64,000 nucleotides of DNA from the NCBI GenBank assembly GCA_965248695.1, contig CBDFKD010000002.1:4320001-4384000 (forward strand). Direction: 5' to 3'. Of the stretch, positions 30,864 to 39,779 are shown piece after piece; the stretch's first letter is position 1; each line of letters begins with the position of its first letter. Both the position numbers and the translations under genes were made by a program. A model generated the notes under the pieces. The model searched no databases. It was given only the letters and a program-made list of their open reading frames with translations, and was not told the DNA's origin. The DNA comes from Acidobacteriota bacterium (GTDB lineage Bacteria > Acidobacteriota > UBA890 > WLXD01).

Positions 30864-30977
30864 GTGAAGGTGAGAGCGTCGGTTCGTCGCATGTGTGACA
30901 AGTGCAAGGTCGTGCGTCGCAGAGGCACGGTCTACGTCATCTGCGAGAACCCGAAGCACAAGCAGCGGCAAGGATAG
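30864..30977 (+). CDS. rpmJ: 50S ribosomal protein L36 (Zn-binding); absent from the supplied ORF track
   Basis: Manual translation from GTG: [37 protein letters not shown]. Confidence 0.97.
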   Translation: MKVRASVRRMCDKCKVVRRRGTVYVICENPKHKQRQG

Positions 30978-31066
30978 CGCCAGCGCCAGGAACAAAGCGG
31001 CCGGGAGTGGTGTCGAGGTCGACACCGGCTTTCGAACTCGGCGGACGTCAGTAAGAGGAGCTTCCG

Positions 31067-31447
31067 ATGGCCCGTATTGCGGGTGTGGATTTGCGTCTGG
31101 ACAAGCGCGTGGAGATCGCGCTGACCGATATCTTCGGAATCGGTCGTGCGCGTGCGCATTCGATTCTCTCGACCGCCAAGGTGGAAGTGGATTGCCGCGT
31201 CAAGGACCTCACCGAGCAGGAGGTCAGCCGCATTCGTCAGGTGATCGATCGCCAGGGACGGGTCGAGGGCGATCTGCGCAAAGAGCTCCAGATGAACATC
31301 AAGCGACTTATCGAGATCGGCTCGTACCGCGGCATGCGGCACCGGCGCAACTTGCCGGTTCGTGGGCAGCGCACCAAGACGAACGCGCGAACCCGGAAAG
31401 GGCCACGTGGCATGGCCATCAAGAAGAGGCAAAAGGCCAAGCTCTAG
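31067..31447 (+). CDS. rpsM: 30S ribosomal protein S13
   Basis: [24 protein letters not shown]. Confidence 0.98.
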   Translation: MARIAGVDLRLDKRVEIALTDIFGIGRARAHSILSTAKVEVDCRVKDLTEQEVSRIRQVIDRQGRVEGDLRKELQMNIKRLIEIGSYRGMRHRRNLPVRGQRTKTNARTRKGPRGMAIKKRQKAKL

Positions 31448-31514
31448 GCTCTGGTCGACATCTCTAACGAGCCGACCACGCGGCGACTCCAGAGAGTGAA
31501 TACAGGTTCAGGCT

Positions 31515-31901
31515 ATGGCAAATCGAAAGCCAACCAAGAAGAAGGTCAAGAAGAACATCGTGGCGGCCATCGCCCACGTGCAGGCGACCTTCAACAACAC
31601 GATCATCACGATCGCCGATACGGAAGGCAACACGATCTCGTGGTCCAGTTCGGGATCGAAAGGATTCAAAGGATCGCGTAAAGGCACGCCGTTCGCCGCC
31701 CAGATCGCCGCTACCGATGCCGCCACGAAGGCCAAGGAGCACGGCGTTCAGCGGGTCGAGATCCGCGTAAAGGGACCCGGGGCGGGCCGCGAATCGGCCA
31801 TCCGAGGGTTGCAGTCTGCCGGCATCACAGTCACGGCGATCCGCGATGTGACGCCGATCCCGCACAACGGATGCCGGCCGCCGAAGAAGCGCAGAGTCTG
31901 A
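31515..31901 (+). CDS. rpsK: 30S ribosomal protein S11
   Basis: [24 protein letters not shown]. Confidence 0.98.
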   Translation: MANRKPTKKKVKKNIVAAIAHVQATFNNTIITIADTEGNTISWSSSGSKGFKGSRKGTPFAAQIAATDAATKAKEHGVQRVEIRVKGPGAGRESAIRGLQSAGITVTAIRDVTPIPHNGCRPPKKRRV

Positions 31902-31926
31902 GTTTGGTCTTCAGGAGGTAACAACA

Positions 31927-32556
31927 TTGGCGCGTTATACGGGCCCCGTCTGCAAGCTGTGCCGGAGGGAAGGGATGAAGCTCTTCCTGAAGGGCACCCG
32001 CTGCATGTCGGATAAGTGTGCAATCGAGCGGCGCAACTACCCGCCCGGCCAGCATGGGCGACGACGGCGTCGACGTCCATCGGACTACTCCGCGCAGCTG
32101 CGCGAGAAGCAGAAGGTGAAGCGGATCTACGGGGTGCTCGAGCGACAGTTTCGCCGCTACTTCTACGACGCCTCGCGGGAGCGGGGAATCACGGGTGAGA
32201 CCCTTCTGGGGTCGCTCGAACGACGACTCGACAATGTCGTCTATCGCATGGGCTTCGGCCTGTCGAGATCGCATGCTCGGCAGTTGGTGAAGCACGGCCA
32301 CATCGCGGTCAACAACTCGCGCGTCGACATTCCTTCATACCAGACACAGCAGGGCGACGCGGTTACAGTTCGCGACCGGAGTCGCAGCAACACCGAGATC
32401 ATACTGGCGGTCGAGAACGCCAAGGTCGGGAGCCCGGTCGGTTGGATTGAAGTCGACCACGACAAGCTCGCCGGGACCGTGGCGCGATTGCCAATGCGTG
32501 AAGATATCGATATCGAGATCCAGGAACAGCTGATCGTCGAGCTCTACTCGAAGTAG
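31927..32556 (+). CDS. rpsD: 30S ribosomal protein S4
   Basis: [27 protein letters not shown]; TTG start. Confidence 0.98.
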   Translation: MARYTGPVCKLCRREGMKLFLKGTRCMSDKCAIERRNYPPGQHGRRRRRRPSDYSAQLREKQKVKRIYGVLERQFRRYFYDASRERGITGETLLGSLERRLDNVVYRMGFGLSRSHARQLVKHGHIAVNNSRVDIPSYQTQQGDAVTVRDRSRSNTEIILAVENAKVGSPVGWIEVDHDKLAGTVARLPMREDIDIEIQEQLIVELYSK

Positions 32557-32605
32557 AGCATTCGGAACAGCTGCGGAAACCGTCGTCTTTCAGGAGGTCC
32601 GGGAC

Positions 32606-33589
32606 ATGCTCTGGACTGGGTTTCAACGACCCAAGCGGCTCGAGGTTGACCTCGATTCGCTAACGGATGGATACGGACAGTTCGTGGCTCAGCCGTTTGA
32701 ACGCGGCTTCGCTATCACTGTCGGACATGCAATGCGTCGCGTGCTGCTTTCCTCGGTCGAGGGCGCGGCGATCACGGCGCTCAAGGTGGAAGGCGTGCTG
32801 CACGAGTTCAGCTCGCTCGAGGGCGTCATCGAAGACACCACCGATCTGATCTTGAACCTCAAGAGCATCCCGTTCCGGCTCAACGTCGACAAGCCGAAGA
32901 CGCTGGTCTTGCGCAAGGACAAGCAAGGCTCGGTCACGGCAGCCGATATCGCGGAAGATCCCGATTTCACCTGCATCGACCCGGACGCACACATCTGCAC
33001 ACTGTCCAAGGGCGGCTCGATCGAACTGCAGATGCGCCTCGCGGGCGGCCGTGGCTACGTACCGGCAGATCGGAATCTCGAAGAGGATATGGGCATCGGA
33101 TGGATTCCGATCGACGCGGTGCACTCACCCGTCCGGCGTGTGAACTACAAGGTCGAGCGTGCTCGGCTGGGACGTTCGACTGACTACGAGCGCCTCGTGC
33201 TCGAGCTGTGGACCAACGGCACTGTGACGCCCGACCGTGCGATTGCCCTGGCGGCGAAGCTCATGCGCGACCACCTGGCGATCTTCGTCGATATCGAAGA
33301 AGAGCCGCAGCATGAGCACCATGAGCCTGACCAGGACCTCACGGCGTTCTACTCGCATCTGAACCGCTCGGTCGACGAGCTCGAGCTGTCCGTGCGTTCG
33401 TACAATTGCCTGAAGAACGCGAGCATTAGAACGATTCGCGATCTCGTGCAGCGTAGCGAACAGGAGATGCTCAAGACGAAGAATTTCGGCAAGAAGTCGC
33501 TTCAGGAGATCAAAGAGGTACTGGCAGAGATGGGCCTGACTCTCGACATGGACCTGTCCGACCTGCCGCCGCCGCCGGACGCCGTCTGA
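32606..33589 (+). CDS. rpoA: DNA-directed RNA polymerase subunit alpha
   Basis: [28 protein letters not shown]. Confidence 0.98.
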   Translation: MLWTGFQRPKRLEVDLDSLTDGYGQFVAQPFERGFAITVGHAMRRVLLSSVEGAAITALKVEGVLHEFSSLEGVIEDTTDLILNLKSIPFRLNVDKPKTLVLRKDKQGSVTAADIAEDPDFTCIDPDAHICTLSKGGSIELQMRLAGGRGYVPADRNLEEDMGIGWIPIDAVHSPVRRVNYKVERARLGRSTDYERLVLELWTNGTVTPDRAIALAAKLMRDHLAIFVDIEEEPQHEHHEPDQDLTAFYSHLNRSVDELELSVRSYNCLKNASIRTIRDLVQRSEQEMLKTKNFGKKSLQEIKEVLAEMGLTLDMDLSDLPPPPDAV

Positions 33590-33614
33590 GCGACAGACGA
33601 CAGAGAGAAGACTG

Positions 33615-34355
33615 ATGCGTCACCGTCAAACCACAGCGACGCTGGGCCGCTCGCCGGCGCATCGTAAGGCCATGCTGCGCAACATGGTCACCGATCTGTT
33701 ACGGCACGAGAAGATACAAACGACGGCGGCCAAGGCGAAGGTGCTCAGGCCGCTGGCGGAGCGCATGATCACTCTCGGGAAGCGCGAGTCGTTGCACGCC
33801 CGGCGTCATGCCGCGCGGGTGATCCGCGACAAGGATGTCCTGCGCAAGCTGTTCGACGACCTGGCACCGCGTTACGCTGAACGGCCCGGCGGCTACACCC
33901 GCATCACCAAGCTGGCGACGCGCCCAGGCGACCGCGCCGACATGGCGGTAATCGAGTTTGTCGAGGCGGAGCTAAAGCAGCGCAAGCGCAAGCGAAAGAA
34001 GAAAACCGGCCCGCGCACCGCGTCGCAGGATACCGTCGCCGCGGTGCCGACGGAGACAGTGGTGGAAAGCGACGACGACGCGGCGGCTGCAGAGCTTGCG
34101 GCCGCCGAGTCCGATGTCGCCGTTGCGGAGAGCCCCGAGTCTGAGCCCGAAGTTGCCGCTGCCGACAGCCTCGAGTCTGAGTCGGAGCCCGAGGTCGCCG
34201 CTGCCGACAGCAGCGAGTCCGACGGCGACGTCTCCGACGACGAGGTCGCCGAGGAGCCCGACAGCGCGGCCGCCGGTGATGTTGACCGCGGAGCTTCGCA
34301 AGATGATGAGGCGAATGCCGACGACTCGTCTGACGATGACGAGAACGAGCGATAG
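33615..34355 (+). CDS. rplQ: 50S ribosomal protein L17 with a long acidic C-terminal tail
   Basis: [13 protein letters not shown] core followed by about 125 low-complexity residues. Confidence 0.95.
   Translation: MRHRQTTATLGRSPAHRKAMLRNMVTDLLRHEKIQTTAAKAKVLRPLAERMITLGKRESLHARRHAARVIRDKDVLRKLFDDLAPRYAERPGGYTRITKLATRPGDRADMAVIEFVEAELKQRKRKRKKKTGPRTASQDTVAAVPTETVVESDDDAAAAELAAAESDVAVAESPESEPEVAAADSLESESEPEVAAADSSESDGDVSDDEVAEEPDSAAAGDVDRGASQDDEANADDSSDDDENER
34137..34220 (+). repeat. Imperfect coding tandem repeat in the rplQ tail ([11 protein letters not shown] twice)
   Basis: GAGCCCGAAGTTGCCGCTGCCGACAGC and GAGCCCGAGGTCGCCGCTGCCGACAGC. Confidence 0.8.
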
Positions 34356-34392
34356 ACTCTAGCCATCGCCTGGCTGTGACCACAGTCAGTGA

Positions 34393-34465
34393 GGGCCGTT
34401 AGCTCAGTTGGGAGAGCGCCGGCCTCGCATGCCGGAGGTCGGGGGTTCGAGCCCCCCACGGTCCA
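34393..34465 (+). tRNA. tRNA-Ala(CGC)
   Basis: Acceptor GGGCCGT/ACGGTCC with the G3:U70 Ala identity pair; anticodon arm CCGGC-CTCGCAT-GCCGG. Confidence 0.93.
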
Positions 34466-34470
34466 CTAGG

Positions 34471-34497
34471 AAGCGCCCGTCAACGACGGGCGCTTTC
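34471..34497 (+). terminator. Intrinsic terminator after tRNA-Ala
   Basis: Perfect stem AAGCGCCCGTC-AAC-GACGGGCGCTT with a short T tail. Confidence 0.7.
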
Positions 34498-34602
34498 GCG
34501 TTGCAGCTCCGAGCAATCGATGCAACCGTGGCTGTCGGAGACCAGGCAGAGGCCGGCTGCCGCGGCTCAGAAGTCCAGCGCGAAAGTCGCGGGCTCCCGT
34601 TG

Positions 34603-34655
34603 GCCGGGCCCAACCGGCACCTCGGTCGCCGAGCCAGGTGCTGGTTGGGCCCGGC
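34603..34655. repeat. Long intergenic palindrome (20-bp stem), REP-like or terminator
   Basis: GCCGGGCCCAACCGGCACCT pairs with AGGTGCTGGTTGGGCCCGGC; one G-T wobble. Confidence 0.7.
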
Positions 34656-34747
34656 GGACAGGGCCCCGCGCCCTTCACGCCAGAGGCTATGGGCGTCTAT
34701 CTACGCGCCTCGTGCGCTGCACCTCGTCATCTGCGGGCCAGGACCGG

Positions 34748-36673
34748 CTAGAAGCCCTGGTCGCTCGGCACGCTGCCCGGATCGAGCGTCGATGTGTCGC
34801 CGACGTCCTCGCCGCGCTCCTGCGCCTTGAGCAGCCGACGCATGATCTTGCCGCTGCGCGTCTTGGGTAGGCTCGACACGAAGTCGATGACTTGCGGTCG
34901 TGCGATCTTGCCGATCTGCTTGCTCACGTGACTGCGGAGCTCCGCGGCGAGGTCGTCACCGGGTGCTAGACCATGCTGCAACAGCACGAACGCTTTTGGC
35001 ACTTCGCCTTTGATCTCGTCCGGCATTCCGATGACCGCGGCCTCGGCGACCGCGGGGTGGGCGACAAGAGAGCTTTCGATCTCCATGGTGCCGAGTCGAT
35101 GGCCGGCGACGTTGAGCACATCGTCCATGCGGCCGAGAACTCGGATGTAGCCGTCTTCGTCCCGAACGGCCGCGTCTCCCGCTGCGTACATCCCCGGAAC
35201 GATCTCCCAGTAGGTCTCTCGATAGCGGTCCGGATCGTTGTAGATCGTCGATAGCATCGAGGGCCATGGCTTGCGAATAACCAGGTACCCGCCCTGGCCG
35301 GGCGCTCTCGAATTGCCCTCGGCGTCGACGACGTCGGCATCGATGCCGGGAAACGGCAGGCCGGCGGATCCCGGCTTCTGGGCCTCGGCTGGCAGGTTGG
35401 TGATGAGAATCGAACCGGTCTCAGTCTGCCACCAGGTGTCGACGATAGGGCAGTTGGCGCCGCCGATCACCCGATGGTACCAACGCCATGCCTCGGGATT
35501 GATGGGCTCGCCGACGGTGCCGAGCAAGCGCAGGCTCGACAGGTCGTGCGCCGCTGGCCACTGTTCGCCAAGTCGCATGAACATCCGCACTGCGGTGGGC
35601 GCAGTGTAAAGGATGTTGATGCCGTAACGCTCGATGAGCCGCCACCATCGGCTGGGGTCGGGATGGTCTGGCGCGCCCTCGGCCATGAAACCGGTGGCGC
35701 CGTTGATCAACGGTCCGTAGACGATGTAACTGTGTCCCGTGACCCATCCGGCGTCGGCAGTGCACCAGTACAGATCCGTGTCGCGCAGATCGAAAACCCA
35801 CTTGGTCGTCTGGTACACACCGACCATGTAGCCGGCATGGCTGTGCACGATGCCCTTCGGCTTGCCAGTCGATCCGGAGGTGTAGAGGACGAAGAGCGGA
35901 TCGGTCGCGTCCATGATCTCGGTGTCGGCGGTCGCGGCGCAGCCGTCGACCGCCTCCGACCACGTCACATCGCGGCCGGGCTGCATGGCAACGTCGGCGC
36001 CCGTGCGCTCGTACACGACAACGTGCTCGATCGATGGACATTGCTGCACGGCCTCGTCCGCCGCCTCTTTGAGCGGGACGATGTTACCCCGGTAGTAGCC
36101 GCCGTCCGCGGTGATCAGCAGCTTGGAGGCGGCGTCGTTGATCCGGTCGCGCAGGCCATCCGCCGAGAAGCCGCCGAACACGACACTGTGAAATGCACCG
36201 ACCTTGGCGCTGGCAAGCATCGCGATCGCCTGCTGGGGACAGATCGGCATGTAGATCGTGATGCAGTCGCCCTTGCCGACGCCGAGGCGCCGCAGGCCGT
36301 TCGCCAGTCGGCTGACCTCGGCGTTGAGCTCAGCGTAGGTAAACACCTGGCGATCGCCGTTCTCTCCTTCCCACAACAGCGCCACCTTGTGGCGGCGCCA
36401 GGTCGAGAGATGGCGGTCGATCGCGTTGTGAACGACGTTGCATTGGGCGCCGGGAAACCAGCGGGCGAAGGGCGGCGTCCAATCGAGCGGCTTGTCCCAG
36501 CGGCGGTACCATTCGAGCTCGTCGGCGACCGCGGTCCAAAAGGCTTCGGGGTCGGCGGCCGCCTGCTGCCGTACCGCCGTCGGGTCCGACACGACGGCGG
36601 CCTCGACGAATTCGTCGGGGGAATCGACCTGCTCCTGATCCTCGAGCACCGAGTCGAGGTCGGTTGGTTCCAT
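34748..36673 (-). CDS. acs: Acetyl-CoA synthetase (AMP-forming)
   Basis: [43 protein letters not shown]. Confidence 0.96.
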   Translation of the reverse strand: MEPTDLDSVLEDQEQVDSPDEFVEAAVVSDPTAVRQQAAADPEAFWTAVADELEWYRRWDKPLDWTPPFARWFPGAQCNVVHNAIDRHLSTWRRHKVALLWEGENGDRQVFTYAELNAEVSRLANGLRRLGVGKGDCITIYMPICPQQAIAMLASAKVGAFHSVVFGGFSADGLRDRINDAASKLLITADGGYYRGNIVPLKEAADEAVQQCPSIEHVVVYERTGADVAMQPGRDVTWSEAVDGCAATADTEIMDATDPLFVLYTSGSTGKPKGIVHSHAGYMVGVYQTTKWVFDLRDTDLYWCTADAGWVTGHSYIVYGPLINGATGFMAEGAPDHPDPSRWWRLIERYGINILYTAPTAVRMFMRLGEQWPAAHDLSSLRLLGTVGEPINPEAWRWYHRVIGGANCPIVDTWWQTETGSILITNLPAEAQKPGSAGLPFPGIDADVVDAEGNSRAPGQGGYLVIRKPWPSMLSTIYNDPDRYRETYWEIVPGMYAAGDAAVRDEDGYIRVLGRMDDVLNVAGHRLGTMEIESSLVAHPAVAEAAVIGMPDEIKGEVPKAFVLLQHGLAPGDDLAAELRSHVSKQIGKIARPQVIDFVSSLPKTRSGKIMRRLLKAQERGEDVGDTSTLDPGSVPSDQGF

Positions 36674-36721
36674 GCTCGCTCGCGAACGCCGCTACGGTTG
36701 CGTTGCTGAAGGGCTTGTCGG

Positions 36722-37453
36722 TCAGCGCAGGCTACGCGCGTGCGCCAGCAACTCGGCAGCGTCGTCGTCGGCGGCGTCCTGCAACGCAGCCACAACCGCG
36801 TCTATCTGCGCCGCCGATGCGTCCGTCTGGATGCGCCCGAGTGCGCTGAGTGCGTAGGCACGCAGCTCCGCCGTGACAGCGGAGTTCGTCGCCACGCTGG
36901 CAAGTGCGGCGCAAGCATCGTCGTTGGCGATGTCGCTGAGTGTGTCGATAGACGTGCGTGCCACGAGCTCGTCGCCCGCGGCGGCCGTCACTGCCACTGC
37001 TCCGACGGCCAGATCGGCTCCGGTCTCCAGTCGGCTCAACTGCGACAGTGCTGCTACCTGAGCGTCACGAGATCCGTCTGCCAGTGCCTGGGCATAGGCT
37101 CCGGCGGCCGCAGCGTCGTCGAACTGCCGGATAGCGGAGACTGCCGCATCGCGCACGCCGCGCGAGTCGGACATTGCTGCGGTCAATGCCGGTAGCGTCG
37201 AGGCGTCGCCGATGTTGCCGAGCATCTGTGCCGCCCACTCTTTGACCTGATCGCTGTCGTCGTTGGCAAGGGCGTCGACCCAGATCGGCGTTGCTTCCGC
37301 CGACTCGAGGATCTCGATGTTCTCGTTGTAGGTCTGTTGAGCGAGGGGGTCACCGAGCCGGACTTGCTCCACGAGCTGCTGCGATGCGTTTTCCAGCGGT
37401 GTGCCGCAGGCCGCAATCAGCACCGCAAGCACCAAGGGGGATCGTCGAATCAT
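36722..37453 (-). CDS. HEAT/PBS-lyase repeat lipoprotein
   Basis: Signal peptide with lipobox LIAA-C; HEAT-like units (VKEWAAQMLGNIG, VRDAAVSAI, LRAYALSALGRI); RBS AAAGGAG. Confidence 0.7.
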   Translation of the reverse strand: MIRRSPLVLAVLIAACGTPLENASQQLVEQVRLGDPLAQQTYNENIEILESAEATPIWVDALANDDSDQVKEWAAQMLGNIGDASTLPALTAAMSDSRGVRDAAVSAIRQFDDAAAAGAYAQALADGSRDAQVAALSQLSRLETGADLAVGAVAVTAAAGDELVARTSIDTLSDIANDDACAALASVATNSAVTAELRAYALSALGRIQTDASAAQIDAVVAALQDAADDDAAELLAHARSLR

Positions 37454-37511
37454 GGTCCTGTGTCTCCTTTCGAGGCCGTACCCGGCAGAAACGGGACTCT
37501 CGGGCGGCATG

Positions 37512-37997
37512 TCAAAACCGCTCCTCCAAGCGTTGTATGACGTAGCTCACGAGGTTGTCCACCGAGCGTCCCGACACGCGCCAACCATCGGCAGTGCGGC
37601 GCAAGTGCACCGTGCGCGTTCGACTGAGCCCCTCGGCGTCATGCATCGTTACTTCCACCGAAGCTCGCCCGCCATCGATCGTTGCCGGCGTCGCGTCGTA
37701 TGCAAGGCCTTCCTCGCGTGGTGTCTCCTGGAAAAGCCCCCACAGCATTGTTTCGACCGAGCTTCTTAGGAAGGTACTGGAGTCCCCCTCCGTGAGTACG
37801 AGCGTCAAGTCCTCCTCCACGCGCCCGACGATCTCGTCCAGATCGAGCGTTGCGACCGCGTCGTCCGAGTCCGCTTGGCGCGTCGCCCGCATGTACTCGA
37901 TGGCGACGATCTCGGGGTCGGTCGACGTGCAAGCAAGCATCAGTAGGCTGGCCGCAATGGCTACCGCCCGACGGACGATGGGTCCGCAGAAGGACAT
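37512..37997 (-). CDS. Small lipoprotein, possibly NTF2-like
   Basis: Lipobox LMLA-C; C-terminal VHLRRTADGWRVS beta-hairpin; start uncertain. Confidence 0.6.
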   Translation of the reverse strand: MSFCGPIVRRAVAIAASLLMLACTSTDPEIVAIEYMRATRQADSDDAVATLDLDEIVGRVEEDLTLVLTEGDSSTFLRSSVETMLWGLFQETPREEGLAYDATPATIDGGRASVEVTMHDAEGLSRTRTVHLRRTADGWRVSGRSVDNLVSYVIQRLEERF

Positions 37998-38069
37998 GAA
38001 AGGCGCCGTGGGAGTATGGAAGCCGAGGGCCAAACTACAGGCCGAAACTATGGCCGAGGGTGTGTGTTG

Positions 38070-39638
38070 TCAAGGTCGGACGGGGCGCGAGTAGATCACC
38101 CGGCCGTCGACAAGCACGACCATGGCGCGTGTGTTGGAAAGCTCTGCGTCGTCGTCGAACGGATCATCAGACCAGATCACCAGGTCGGCCTTAGCGCCGA
38201 CCGTGAGCCCGGACGTCCCGAGCATACGAGCAGCGATTGCGACCCGGAGCGAGTCACGAACCGACAGCCGCTGCGGAGCGTTCCAGCCGTCGAGCGGGTA
38301 GCCCTGGAGGTCCTGGCGCCGGTTCATGATCCAGAGTGCTCCCATCGGGTCGAGGGGGAAGGAAGGCGCGCGGCTCGCTAGAGCCACCAGCTTTCCCGCC
38401 CGGGCCAGATCGCGATAGGCGTGAGCCGCGGCGGTCCGTTGTGCCCCGATGCGTTCCGCCAGCCAGTACATGTCGTGAGCCATCCGATGCGGCACGATCG
38501 CTACCTGTCGGGCGTCGAGATCGCCGAGAGGGGGGAGGATATCGGCCCCGACCACCAGACCATTGGCGGCAGCCGCGCAGGCCCCTACGGCCATGAGTGC
38601 GGCGTCTCCGCGGAGATGGGTATCGAGCGGTAGACCAAGATCGGTGGCTCGATCGCAAGCCAGGCTCAGCGCGGCAGTGGGCGCTGGGGGCCGCACCTGC
38701 GGAGTATCTGCGTACGGCGAGGAGATTGCCGCCAGACGCAGGCCCAGCGGGCCGTCGATCTCGAGGCCGATGGCGGTGAGCTGAAGGGAATCGTCCGTTT
38801 CCGGCGGCTCGGGGAGAGTCGCTGTCGGACGCAGACGAGCCCGAACTCGGATCGGTAGATCTCCCGCCTCGGCTAGCTCGGCGAGATGGCCGAACGCTGT
38901 CGCGTCGAGCGGAGCGGTCGAAACCGACGTAAAGCCGGCCGCGGCGGCGGATTGCAATCCGCTCGTGAGCCAGCCGCGGCGTTGGTCGGCGGAGGCGACC
39001 GGAATCGCCGCTTCGGCTCGTTGCAGCGCTGCGTCGGTCAACAGGCCTGTTCGATTTCCGGCGGGGTCGCGAAGCACCTCGTCGGCGGTATCGGTGGCCT
39101 CGAGCGCCGTTCGGTTGAGCCAGGCGATTCGACCGATGCGGCGGTACAGGAGCACGGGGCGTGCGTCGATGATGGCGTCCAGCAGGTCGGGGCCGGGGAT
39201 TTCGCCGCTCGGCCACATGGCCTCGTCCCACCCCCATCCGATGGTCCAGCCTGATCTGTCGGCGGCAGCGGTCCGCAGCCGCGTCTGTAACTCGCGCGAT
39301 GTCGCCGCCAGGCTGATGTCCAGCATGTCGAGGCGACGGCCGACGGCTTCGAGATCCACCCAAGCGTCGTGGAATCCGGGCAGCACGGTTGCCCCGCCGA
39401 GGTTCATCTCCTGGGTGTAGTCGGTCGTCAGCGCCCGGACCTGTTCGTCGGTGCCCACGGCGACGATCCGGTCGCCGGTGATCGCCAGCGCCGCCAGCGA
39501 CTCGGTTGCCTCCGCCGACGGGTAGATGTGACCCCCGGTAAGGATCAGATCAGGGCCCGGATCCACGGGCGCACCGCAGGCACTAGCGACCAGCGTGACG
39601 AGTGGTATTGCTCCGCTCAGCGATGGTCTTCGTGGCAT
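38070..39638 (-). CDS. Amidohydrolase-3 (YtcJ-like) family lipoprotein with degenerate metal ligands
   Basis: DLILTGGHIY, NLGGATVLPGF, GWGWDE, GLTVGAKADLVI, VLVDGRVIY; lipobox VASA-C. Confidence 0.8.
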   Translation of the reverse strand: MPRRPSLSGAIPLVTLVASACGAPVDPGPDLILTGGHIYPSAEATESLAALAITGDRIVAVGTDEQVRALTTDYTQEMNLGGATVLPGFHDAWVDLEAVGRRLDMLDISLAATSRELQTRLRTAAADRSGWTIGWGWDEAMWPSGEIPGPDLLDAIIDARPVLLYRRIGRIAWLNRTALEATDTADEVLRDPAGNRTGLLTDAALQRAEAAIPVASADQRRGWLTSGLQSAAAAGFTSVSTAPLDATAFGHLAELAEAGDLPIRVRARLRPTATLPEPPETDDSLQLTAIGLEIDGPLGLRLAAISSPYADTPQVRPPAPTAALSLACDRATDLGLPLDTHLRGDAALMAVGACAAAANGLVVGADILPPLGDLDARQVAIVPHRMAHDMYWLAERIGAQRTAAAHAYRDLARAGKLVALASRAPSFPLDPMGALWIMNRRQDLQGYPLDGWNAPQRLSVRDSLRVAIAARMLGTSGLTVGAKADLVIWSDDPFDDDAELSNTRAMVVLVDGRVIYSRPVRP

Positions 39639-39779
39639 CTGTTCCCTCTGTGGCACCTTACTCCGATCGGTAGCCCGTGTGGGGCCGGCCGCCAACCGCC
39701 ACCGGTAACGCCACGCGCGAAGGCTGCCTCGGCGGGCCCAGTTTGACAGCCGCTTGGCGCCGCCTCTAGCCTGGCACGC

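Noticed and set aside
34440-34470. tRNA-Ala 3' end as an integration site for a genomic island
   Set aside because: No duplicated tRNA 3' end and no integrase seen in the window
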